Positions 56,581-64,000 of a stretch of 64,000 nucleotides of DNA are shown one piece after another. A program made the translations under genes and the position numbers. The DNA comes from Paracoccaceae bacterium (GTDB lineage: Bacteria > Pseudomonadota > Alphaproteobacteria > Rhodobacterales > Rhodobacteraceae). Position 1 is the first letter of the stretch, and each line of letters opens with the position of its first letter. The notes beneath the pieces were generated by a model. The model worked only from the letters and a program-made list of their open reading frames with translations, was not told the DNA's origin and made no database searches. The stretch covers positions 3,485-67,484 of the forward strand of contig JAPUEK010000054.1 in the NCBI GenBank assembly GCA_027492585.1, in the 5' to 3' direction.

Positions 56581-57866
56581 GGGGCCAGCCTTGCGAAGAA
56601 ATCCGTCAGCAGGGCGTTGTAGGCGGCCGGTTCCTCGACATTGCAGACATGGCCCGCACCGGGGATGACCTCGAAGCGCACATCGGCGCGCGGGGCGGTC
56701 TCGGCGATGCGGGCAGAGACGGCACGGATCTCGGCGGGTGGGGCGAGGCGGTCGAACTCCCCGGTCATCATCAGCACCGGCATGGTGAGGCGCGCGAAGT
56801 CGAGCCGTTCCAGTGGGTTGGTGAAACAGACGAGCGCATCGCGGTAGGTCGCCGCCGGGATCGCCGACATGGAGGCCAGAAGCGCGTCGCGCACCGCCTG
56901 CGAGGCACCGGGAGAGGCGAGCACCTTGACCACGGCGGGGGCGAAATCGGCCGGAACCTGCCCCGCGTTCAGCGGCACCTCGCGCGAGACGCGGAAGGCC
57001 TCGCGTTCTTCCGGCCCGGCCTCCGACATGCCGGTGCAGCCGCCGGACAGGACCAGACCCGCCAGCCTTTCGGGATGGCGCGTGGCGAAGGAGGTGGCGA
57101 TCCACGAACCGTAGGAGAGGCCGCAGAGCACCAGTTGCTCTGCGCCAAGCGCCTCGGCCACGCGCAGGATGTCATCGCAGTAATCGTCCACCGTCGATTG
57201 CCGGAAGCCGAGCGAGCTGTCGCCGTAGCCGCGCAGATCAAGTGCTGCGGCCCGCATCACCGGGGCTGTGGCGGCAAGCTGCGCGTCCCAGTTGCCGCGC
57301 CCGCCGCCGATGCCGTGCAGGAAAAGGCAGAGCGGGCCGGGTCGGGGGGGCGTCACGGTCAGCGCCAGCCGGGGGGTGGCGTCGAGCACCATCGGCTCCA
57401 GGGCCGCAGAGGGCGTCGGAGCGGGGGGTGTCGGGGCAGGCGTCTCGGTCGCGGCGGCGGCGAGAGCGGCGATCCCCGCCTCGAAGATCGCACGGGTGCC
57501 GTCGGCGATCGCCTTGGCCCGCGCGGCGGGGGCGGCGATGCGGGCGGTCCAGTTGATCACCGTGCCGCCCTCCTCGGCGGCTGCGATGGTCAGGCGGGCG
57601 TCATAGCTTTCCACCCCCTCGATGCCTTGCAGATGGGTATAGGCATAGCTGCGGTCGCTGTCGGAAAACCACGTCAACTGCTCGCGGTAGAGCGTCTCTT
57701 CGCCATGGGTGGTGAAGGCGCGGACCCGTGCGCCGTGCGGCCCGCGTTCGGCGCGGATCGTTGCCATGGCGGGATGCCAGAGACCGCAGAAGTCCCGTGC
57801 CACGGCCCAGACGGCGGCAGGCTCCGCCGCCGCGAAGCCGATGACATGGACGGCTTCGCGTGCCAT
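56577..57866 (-). CDS. fusion protein: N-terminal SRPBCC (START/polyketide-cyclase-like) domain + C-terminal alpha/beta hydrolase
   Basis: 429 aa. Residues ~1-140 look SRPBCC-like (...VWAVARDFCGLWHP...). A Pro/Thr/Ala linker TETPAPTPPAPTPSA is encoded at ~57372-57440. The hydrolase part has the oxyanion-like LFLHGIGGG and the nucleophile elbow GLSYGS. Confidence 0.7.
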   Translation of the reverse strand: MAREAVHVIGFAAAEPAAVWAVARDFCGLWHPAMATIRAERGPHGARVRAFTTHGEETLYREQLTWFSDSDRSYAYTHLQGIEGVESYDARLTIAAAEEGGTVINWTARIAAPAARAKAIADGTRAIFEAGIAALAAAATETPAPTPPAPTPSAALEPMVLDATPRLALTVTPPRPGPLCLFLHGIGGGRGNWDAQLAATAPVMRAAALDLRGYGDSSLGFRQSTVDDYCDDILRVAEALGAEQLVLCGLSYGSWIATSFATRHPERLAGLVLSGGCTGMSEAGPEEREAFRVSREVPLNAGQVPADFAPAVVKVLASPGASQAVRDALLASMSAIPAATYRDALVCFTNPLERLDFARLTMPVLMMTGEFDRLAPPAEIRAVSARIAETAPRADVRFEVIPGAGHVCNVEEPAAYNALLTDFFARLAP

Positions 57867-59173
57867 CAGCGCAGGCCCTTGAGGCTGCCCGCCTCCCCGC
57901 GCCAGAGCGAGGAGCGTGCGCCGCCCTCATCCCCCGGTGCGCTGTCGATCTCCTCCATCTCGTAGAGCGCCAGGACGCCCATGTAATCTTCCATGATCTC
58001 AGAGGTATAGGGCAGCATCAGCGCGCCGCAGCGGCTGTCCCGATACATGCGTTCCAGCGGCAGCGACTTCAGCATCGACTGACCGCCGCAGGTGCGGATC
58101 GCAAGGGCGGCGATCTCCTGCACGCCCTCCATGACGTTGTACTGCGCGGCATACATCCGCATGACCTCGCCCTTGGTCGGAAAGCCCTTGGCCTCGCCGA
58201 AGGCCTGCCACCAGAGCGCGCGCATGTTGGCGAGACGGGCATACATCTTGCCCACGGTGATGCGCTTGGTCGCATACATGCGGCGGTCGATCGGCGGCTG
58301 GCCGGGGATCTTGCCCTTCAGGTAATCGACCATGAAATCATAGGCCCCCTGCGCCACACCCATATAGGTCGGCGAGAGGGTGGCCATCATGTGCGGCCAG
58401 TTCGGCAGGGTCTTGCCGAAGATGCCGCGCGGCATCAGCAGGTCGTCGCGGGTCACGAAGACATCCTTCAGGATCAGGTCGCGGCTGTTGGTGCCGCGCA
58501 TCCCCAGCGGGTCCCAGTCGCCCTTCACCGTCAGGCCCGGCGCATCCTTGTGGACGACGAACAGCATCGTGTCCTCGTGGCGCGGCTCCACCCCCTCGAA
58601 GACCTCGGTGCAGACGATGGTGTAGTAGTCGCAATAGCCCGCGAGGCTGGCGAATTTCTTGAAGCCGGAGATTTTCCAGCCCCCCTCCACGGCGCGGCAC
58701 TGGGTCTGGTTCGGTTTCGAGGTCCAGTTCTGCCCGCCTTCGGAGATGGGCTGCGAATAGATCGCCCGCTCGGCGATGGCGCGGCGGAACTGGCGTTCGC
58801 GCAGGATGGCGAATTCGGCCTTCTCCTCGGGCGTCAGGTTCGGCATGTCGAACATGAACCGCGACCAGGCCATCGAGGAATTGTGCATGTTGAAGGTCAG
58901 CGCGGTCGCCCCGCAGTATTTGCCGATCTCTGCCCCGACCATGGCATATTCGCCCATCGAGAAGCCCTGCCCGCCGAATTCCTCCGGGATGGTCAGGCCG
59001 AGAAAGCCCTCGTCGGCGAGGTCCCTGTAATTCTCCACCGGGAAGGACGCATCATCATCCACCCCTTTGGCGCGTTCTGCAAAGCGGGGGCCAAGCTCGT
59101 TCACCCGGCGCAGGACGGCCTGAACCTCGGGGCGGATGCGGGACAGGTCGTAGTAATCGGCGATATCGCTCAT
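57866..59173 (-). CDS. acyl-CoA dehydrogenase-fold flavoprotein (dehydrogenase or group-D flavin monooxygenase)
   Basis: 435 aa from ATG 59173 (MSDIADYY...). ACAD N/M/C architecture (...ENYRDLADEGFLGLTIPEEFGGQG...). The stop overlaps the next start by 1 nt (TGATG). Confidence 0.75.
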   Translation of the reverse strand: MSDIADYYDLSRIRPEVQAVLRRVNELGPRFAERAKGVDDDASFPVENYRDLADEGFLGLTIPEEFGGQGFSMGEYAMVGAEIGKYCGATALTFNMHNSSMAWSRFMFDMPNLTPEEKAEFAILRERQFRRAIAERAIYSQPISEGGQNWTSKPNQTQCRAVEGGWKISGFKKFASLAGYCDYYTIVCTEVFEGVEPRHEDTMLFVVHKDAPGLTVKGDWDPLGMRGTNSRDLILKDVFVTRDDLLMPRGIFGKTLPNWPHMMATLSPTYMGVAQGAYDFMVDYLKGKIPGQPPIDRRMYATKRITVGKMYARLANMRALWWQAFGEAKGFPTKGEVMRMYAAQYNVMEGVQEIAALAIRTCGGQSMLKSLPLERMYRDSRCGALMLPYTSEIMEDYMGVLALYEMEEIDSAPGDEGGARSSLWRGEAGSLKGLR

Positions 59174-59256
59174 GGTCTTTCCCTGTTCAGAATGGATGTG
59201 CGGAAGCAGGCGGGCCAGCCGGTCGGCGGTCCGCAGGCAGAAAGGGTGGGGCGGGG

Positions 59257-60309
59257 TTACAGGGCCAGTTCGCCCTGCAGAACCCCGTCCTTGACGACGA
59301 CACGGCCATCGAGCGCGATGGTGCAGTTCCGCATCGGCAGGTCGAAATGGCCGAGCGTGTAGCGCCCGGCATATTGGTTCGCCCCCGTGGACCACAGGAA
59401 CGACCCGGCGAGGGCACGGAATTCCACGGCCTGCATGTCGCGCTTGTCGAACATCGCGGCAGAAATCCATTTCGCGCCGGGGTTCATCCCCCAGCCGACA
59501 TGGCTCATCCCATAGGCGTTGCGGTCGCCCCAGGCCTCCATGTATTCGCGGAAATGCAGGGCGTCGATGCCGTCGCCCTTGATGGCCGTGACGAAATCGT
59601 CTTCGACGGTGAAGTCGATGCGGCTGGTCAGGTAGGTCTTGAACGTCAGGTTCATGTCGCCGACGTCCATGACGATCCGCCCGTTGACCGCATTCTTTCC
59701 GGGGAAGGCGAGGCAGAGCCCGCCCGGCCAATGCGCCACGGAGCCGGGCGTGGTGCCGAAGCCCGCCGTCCCGCCGCAGGGCGCGCCGCGCAGGTCGATG
59801 GTCAGATCGGTGCCGGCCGCCGAGGTCACGCGCATCTCAGAGGCTTCGCGCAGCATCTGGATGCCGGCCTGAACGCGGGGGCCGTGTTCGGCCTTGGGTT
59901 CGGTGCGCTCAAGGATTTCGGGGTGTTCGTTGGTGATGACGAGAAGACGGGTGCGACCGGCCTCCTCGATCTCCGGCCATTCGGGGGCGTGGATCAGCCC
60001 CTCGACCGTGCAATCGACGATGACCTCGACCAGTTTCAGCGCCTCGATCACAGCGCGGTTGCCTTGCAGCGCCCAGCTCGTGCCGGTGGATTTCACCGGG
60101 ACCGGCGCGCTCAGAACCGGGGTCGGCATCTGGATCAGGCAGAATTCCGCGCCGAGGTCATAGGCGGCCAATTCGCACAGGTGGACCAGAACCGGGCGGG
60201 ACTGGGTTTCGGACAGGATGGCGATCTTCGTTCCCTGACCGATGCCGTTCAGCGCCAGCACCCGGCGGAAGGCGGCGAGCCACTTCCCCTCGATCCGTTC
60301 CTGCAACAT
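59257..60309 (-). CDS. M29 aminopeptidase-fold protein, NicX-like (2,5-dihydroxypyridine 5,6-dioxygenase family candidate)
   Basis: 350 aa. The blocks HWPGG....FP......G.IV.DVGD and SHVGWGMNP.A.W...........A....G.FLWSTG.N.......LGHFDLPMRNC.I.LD match my recollection of Pseudomonas NicX and related aminopeptidase-T-like proteins. Not verified by search. Confidence 0.5.
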   Translation of the reverse strand: MLQERIEGKWLAAFRRVLALNGIGQGTKIAILSETQSRPVLVHLCELAAYDLGAEFCLIQMPTPVLSAPVPVKSTGTSWALQGNRAVIEALKLVEVIVDCTVEGLIHAPEWPEIEEAGRTRLLVITNEHPEILERTEPKAEHGPRVQAGIQMLREASEMRVTSAAGTDLTIDLRGAPCGGTAGFGTTPGSVAHWPGGLCLAFPGKNAVNGRIVMDVGDMNLTFKTYLTSRIDFTVEDDFVTAIKGDGIDALHFREYMEAWGDRNAYGMSHVGWGMNPGAKWISAAMFDKRDMQAVEFRALAGSFLWSTGANQYAGRYTLGHFDLPMRNCTIALDGRVVVKDGVLQGELAL

Positions 60310-60346
60310 GGCCCATCCTCCCCGATGATTCGCGTCGCTTGAATAT

Positions 60347-60364
60347 CTTAACTTGCGAGTTAAG
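60347..60364. promoter_or_regulatory. 7-4-7 palindrome CTTAACT-TGCG-AGTTAAG in an AT-rich promoter region (candidate TetR operator)
   Basis: Perfect 7-bp arms at 60347-60353 and 60358-60364, lying 38-55 nt upstream of the first gene of the minus-strand operon that encodes a TetR regulator. Confidence 0.35.
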
Positions 60365-60429
60365 TTTTCTTACGGCAGGGCCTCTGTCAACGGAAATTTC
60401 AAGCTTCAACCATTTCCGGGTTTTGGCGG

Positions 60430-61569
60430 TCAGAGCAGCCCGCGCCCGGCAAGGTTCCGTATCAGCGCCGCCGTGCCGAAGGTCCATTCCGGCGCCTCCG
60501 TGGCCAGCCGGACGGTGTTGACGAGCGCGCCAAGGCCCGGGGCCGAGATCGTCACCCGGTCGCCGACGTGATGGGTAAAGCCCTGGCCCGGTCCGTCGCG
60601 GTCCTGCACCGGGGCGAACATCGTGCCGCAGTAGAGCATGAAGCCGTCCGGATACTGGTGATGCCGTCCGCGGGTCTGGGCCACGAGGTCCGCCGGATCG
60701 CGGCTGATCTCGGTCATGGAGGAGCGTCCGGTCATGCGGAACCCGTCCTGCCCCAGAACCTCCAGCGACAGTTCCGCGCGGCGCAGGTCGTCAAGGCCGA
60801 AGCCCCCGTCGAAGAGCCGGATGAACGGCCCGATGCTCGCCGCCGCATTGTTGTCCTTGGCCTTGCCGAGCAGAAGGGCGGACCGTCCCTCCACATCGCG
60901 CAGGTTCACATCGTTGCCGAGGGCGCCGCCGCAGATCTCCCCCCGGCTGTTGACGGCCAGAACCACCTCCGGCTCCGGGTTGTTCCAACGGCTGATGGGG
61001 TGGAGCCCGACGCTCGCGCCGTAGCCGACCGCCGACATCGGCTGGGCTTTGGTGAAGACCTCGGCATCCGGGCCGATCCCGACCTCAAGATACTGGCTCC
61101 ACAGCCCTTCGGCCTGCAAAAGCCGCTTCACCTCCGCCGCCTTCTCCGACCCCGGCACCAGCCCCCGCAGGCTGTCGCCGATCACCGCCGCCACGCGGGC
61201 GCGGATGCCCTCGGCGCGGGAGGCGTCGCCGGCGGCGCGCTCCTCGATCACCCGCTCGATCATCGAGCCGGCGAAGGTCACGCCGCAGGCCTTCACCGCC
61301 TGAAGGTCATTGGGGGAGAGAAGCCGCGTCGTCTCCGGCCCGGCTTCTTCGCTGGTGGCCAGAAGGGCGGCAAGCGGGCCGAGATCCTCGCCCGGTGAGG
61401 CACGGGCGAAGGCGGCGGGATCGGGCCGTTCCAGCAGGTCGCGCAGGGTCGGGGCGGTGCGGCTGGTGATATCCGTCACCCGCCCCTCCCGCAGATGGAC
61501 GAGGCAGGGACCGATCCCCTGCCGCCAGACCCGGCCCACATAGCATCCTGCGCTGTCCAAACCGTCCAT
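60430..61569 (-). CDS. fumarylacetoacetate hydrolase family protein (long ~380-aa form)
   Basis: 379 aa from ATG 61569, preceded by GGAGGA. FAH-like C-terminal half (...GNDVNLRD.E......LGKAKDNNA..S.GPF...). The upstream part of track ORF ..62847 was rejected. Confidence 0.75.
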   Translation of the reverse strand: MDGLDSAGCYVGRVWRQGIGPCLVHLREGRVTDITSRTAPTLRDLLERPDPAAFARASPGEDLGPLAALLATSEEAGPETTRLLSPNDLQAVKACGVTFAGSMIERVIEERAAGDASRAEGIRARVAAVIGDSLRGLVPGSEKAAEVKRLLQAEGLWSQYLEVGIGPDAEVFTKAQPMSAVGYGASVGLHPISRWNNPEPEVVLAVNSRGEICGGALGNDVNLRDVEGRSALLLGKAKDNNAAASIGPFIRLFDGGFGLDDLRRAELSLEVLGQDGFRMTGRSSMTEISRDPADLVAQTRGRHHQYPDGFMLYCGTMFAPVQDRDGPGQGFTHHVGDRVTISAPGLGALVNTVRLATEAPEWTFGTAALIRNLAGRGLL

Positions 61570-61686
61570 CCGATCCTCCCCCATTGCTGGCAGAGCAAAG
61601 CCGATCCGCCGCCCTGTCGCAAGCCATTGCCCCCGCGTCAGGCGCCGCCTAGAACCGGGGCCATTGCTTGCGGAACGGAGACCCGA

Positions 61687-62607
61687 ATGGCGCAGCCCCT
61701 CCTCCCCATCGCCTGCATCGGCGAGTGCATGATCGAGCTGAGCGGGATCGACCTCGATCACGGGCAGGCACGGGTCGGCTTCGCCGGAGACACCTTCAAC
61801 ACTGCCGTCTATCTCGCCCGTCTGCGACCGGGGGTCAGTTATGTGACCAACCTCGGGACCGATGGCTTTTCGGCACGCATCCGCGCGGTTCTGGCCGCGG
61901 AGGGGATCGACGGCTCTCTGATCGGCAGCCACGAAAGCCGCCTGCCGGGCCTCTATTCGATCGAGCTCGATGCGGCGGGGGAGCGGTCCTTCCGCTACTG
62001 GCGGGAGGCTTCGGCGGCGCGGACGCTCTTTTCGGGCGTGGGGGCGGGGCTGGAGGATCTGGGGCGCTTTCCGATGATCTATCTGTCGGGCATCACGCTC
62101 GCCATTCTTCCGGCGGAGGTGCGCGCCGCCCTGATCGCCCGGCTCGCCGCCCTGCGGGATGCCGGGCATCGGGTGGTCTTCGACAGCAATTACCGCCCGC
62201 GGCTCTGGCCCGATGCCGAGACGGCGCGGCAGGCTTTTGCGGCGATGTGGGCGGCAAGCTCCGTCGGCCTGCCCTCCTTCGACGATGAGGAGCGGCTCTA
62301 TCCCGGCACCACGCCGGGGGCGGTCATGGCGCGGCTTTCCGGGCTTGGCCTGACGGAGATCGCGCTGAAGAACGGCGCCGCCGGCCCGCTGATCCGGTGG
62401 GGCGGCCGGGAGGTGCAGATGGCCTTTCCGCAGGCGGAGCGGGTGGTGGACACGACCGGGGCGGGTGACAGCTTCAACGCGGGCTATCTGGCGGCCCGGC
62501 TGGAGGGTCTCGGGCCGGAACAGGCTGCGGCGGCGGGGCATCGGCTTGCCGCGACCGTCATCGGCCATCCGGGCGGGGTGATCCCGAAGACGGCGATGCC
62601 GAGGTAA
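61687..62607 (+). CDS. kdgK: 2-dehydro-3-deoxygluconokinase-like sugar kinase (PfkB family)
   Basis: 306 aa from ATG 61687. N-terminus IACIGECMIEL....GFAGDTFNTAVYLARL is typical of KdgK. C-terminal DTTGAGDSFNAGYLA. Confidence 0.8.
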   Translation: MAQPLLPIACIGECMIELSGIDLDHGQARVGFAGDTFNTAVYLARLRPGVSYVTNLGTDGFSARIRAVLAAEGIDGSLIGSHESRLPGLYSIELDAAGERSFRYWREASAARTLFSGVGAGLEDLGRFPMIYLSGITLAILPAEVRAALIARLAALRDAGHRVVFDSNYRPRLWPDAETARQAFAAMWAASSVGLPSFDDEERLYPGTTPGAVMARLSGLGLTEIALKNGAAGPLIRWGGREVQMAFPQAERVVDTTGAGDSFNAGYLAARLEGLGPEQAAAAGHRLAATVIGHPGGVIPKTAMPR

Positions 62608-62645
62608 GACCCGGTGGCGGGGACTACCCCGGCACGCACGGCTGC

Positions 62646-62676
62646 GACAACTTGACAACTTTGGAGAAGTTGTCAA
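62646..62676. repeat. GACAACTT x2 direct + 1 inverted copy, forming a perfect 10-5-10 inverted repeat TTGACAACTT-tggag-AAGTTGTCAA
   Basis: Direct copies at 62646-62653 and 62654-62661. Inverted copy at 62667-62674. IR arms at 62652-62661 and 62667-62676. A one-mismatch copy AAGTTGTGAA lies at 63023-63032. Confidence 0.9.
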
Positions 62677-63079
62677 AGCTGTCTGCGTCGGGGAAAGGCG
62701 GATCACATGGCCGGAAGGGGTGGAAAAGGCGGGATTGGCCCGGCGGATGCGGGCCGCGCCAAGCGCTTGGGTTCCCGTCCCGCCAAAGCCCCGGATGCGC
62801 GGGGTCTGATTGGCCGGTCTGCTCCGGCGGACTGTAATTTTATCCATCTTTCCAAGATGGTTGTCCGATCCGATGAGCCTGTTTCCGTCTTGCGGGTCAA
62901 CGGCAGGCGGGCCTTGCCGCCGCGGGATCTCCCCGCTGTCCGCCGCTCATTCCCGGCCCCCGTGCCAAAAGGCTCGCAAAAGGCAGGGGTCTGGCGCGTC
63001 CCCGTCTTCGCCCTGCGGAGAGAAGTTGTGAATGTGCGATCGCACCCCCGCTCTTCCTCCGCCCTGCCGAGGTGAGCCA

Positions 63080-64000
63080 ATGGATCTGTGTATCATCGCC
63101 GACGACCTGACCGGAGCGTTCGATGCCGCCGCCCCCTTCGCCGGGCGGGGGTTGCCGACCGTGGTGGCGCTGCGGCCCGAGGCCCTGCCCGAGGCTCTGG
63201 CAAAAGGCGCGCGGATCGTGGCGGTTTCCACCCAGTCGCGGGAGATCCCGGCAGAGGCGGCGCAGGCGGCGGTCGCCGCCGTCGCCCGGCTTTTGCCGGA
63301 GGGTGCGCGGGTCTTCAAGAAGGTGGATTCCCGGCTGAAGGGGCATATCGCCGAAGAGCTTGCCGCGCTTGCGCCCGAACGGCTGCTGGTCGCGCCCGCC
63401 ATTCCGGATTTCGGGCGCATCGTGTCGGGTGGGGCGGTTTGCGGCTTCGGGGTTGAGGTGCCGATCCCGGTGGCGCCGGTTCTGGGGTCTTTCGCGGCCC
63501 ACGCCGTGATCCCTGACACCGCCACCCCGGAGGAAATGCGCGCGGCGCTTGCCCTCCAACCGGAAGAGGCGCTTCTGGTGGGCGCGCGCGGGCTGGCGGA
63601 GGCTCTGGCCGTCGAGCTCTCGGGGCAAGTGTCGGCTGTTGCGCCCGTTCCGCAGGGGTCACGGGCGCTGATCGTGATCGGTTCCCGCGACCCGATCACG
63701 CTGGCGCAGGTGGCGCAACTGCAGGCGCGGGGGGTGGATTGGCGCGGCGCGCCGAATGGCAGGCTGACGGATCTTTCGCCCCCCAAGGCGCTGACCGTGG
63801 TGCAGGCCGTGCCGGGGGACCGTGTGGCGGCGGGGGCGGAGGTCTCTGCCGCTCTGGCGCAAAGCCTGCATCCGGCGCTGACCGATGCGGCCGACCTTCT
63901 CTTCCTGACCGGCGGTGCGACGGCGGAGGCGGTTATGGATGCCATGGCGCTCTCCGTGCTAGAACTGCGCGGAGAGGTGCTGCCCGGCGTGCCGCTTGCC
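63080..64000 (+). CDS. four-carbon acid sugar kinase family protein (DUF1537, OtnK/DtnK-like), 3' end cut by window edge
   Basis: Not in the ORF track because no stop falls in the window. ATG 63080 is preceded by GAGGTGAG. Reads MDLCIIADDLTGAFDAAAPFAGRGL..., carrying the family N-terminal signature IADDLTGA. The frame is open for 307 codons to the window end. Confidence 0.8.
   Translation, partial: MDLCIIADDLTGAFDAAAPFAGRGLPTVVALRPEALPEALAKGARIVAVSTQSREIPAEAAQAAVAAVARLLPEGARVFKKVDSRLKGHIAEELAALAPERLLVAPAIPDFGRIVSGGAVCGFGVEVPIPVAPVLGSFAAHAVIPDTATPEEMRAALALQPEEALLVGARGLAEALAVELSGQVSAVAPVPQGSRALIVIGSRDPITLAQVAQLQARGVDWRGAPNGRLTDLSPPKALTVVQAVPGDRVAAGAEVSAALAQSLHPALTDAADLLFLTGGATAEAVMDAMALSVLELRGEVLPGVPLA

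Noticed and set aside
45305-59362. Long mirror-frame ORFs in the accessory region: 45305-47926 (-), 48546-50405 (-), 50898-52025 (-), 52813-53937 (-), 54136-56622 (+), 56649-57965 (+) and 57860-59362 (+)
   Set aside because: They are antisense to genes with clear LLM, M20, ABC, SBP, GS, TetR, hydrolase and ACAD signatures. Their composition is typical of GC-driven spurious ORFs.
62703-63080. ORFs 62707-63075 (+, 122 aa) and 62703-63080 (-, 125 aa) in the kdgK/otnK spacer
   Set aside because: They are mutually antisense and rich in Arg/Gly/Pro/Ala, with no RBS context or recognisable domain. They are more likely non-coding regulatory DNA.

Overview
High-GC chromosomal segment that looks alphaproteobacterial, probably Rhodobacterales-like. 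That placement is an inference from gene content (CcrM, DUF721/DciA, ParC, SMC, serB / serC-serA); it was not searched. About 60 protein genes are tightly packed. I recognised no rRNA, tRNA, CRISPR array, transposase, integrase or phage genes. Roughly 1-43.5 kb is housekeeping: an alpha-2-macroglobulin/PbpC pair, rppH-ctpA-envC-like-gpmI, parC, the serine biosynthesis genes, mutY, ccrM-rnhB, smc, gluconate and ribonucleoside salvage genes, and corA. About 43.5-60.4 kb looks accessory and holds two convergent operons. The first (44.5-53.9 kb, + strand) combines three luciferase-like flavin monooxygenases, an M20 amidohydrolase, a GNAT, a fused permease-ATPase amino-acid ABC importer, two paralogous binding proteins and a rhodanese. 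This is the enzyme logic of the Bacillus subtilis ytm/yxe S-substituted-cysteine salvage operons. A decayed cysteine-desulfurase remnant lies upstream of it. The second (54.0-60.3 kb, - strand) combines a NicX-like M29-fold protein, an ACAD-fold protein, an SRPBCC-alpha/beta-hydrolase fusion, a TetR regulator, a glutamine-synthetase-like ligase and a flavin reductase. The strongest non-coding signal is two related families of about 50-105-nt hairpin repeats. They occupy all 8 convergent gene junctions in the window, plus 2 co-directional junctions, and none of the divergent promoter regions. Many long ORFs in the track are mirror-frame artefacts of high GC and were rejected. All product calls rest on my reading of the translated sequences (motifs and remembered family signatures), not on database searches.
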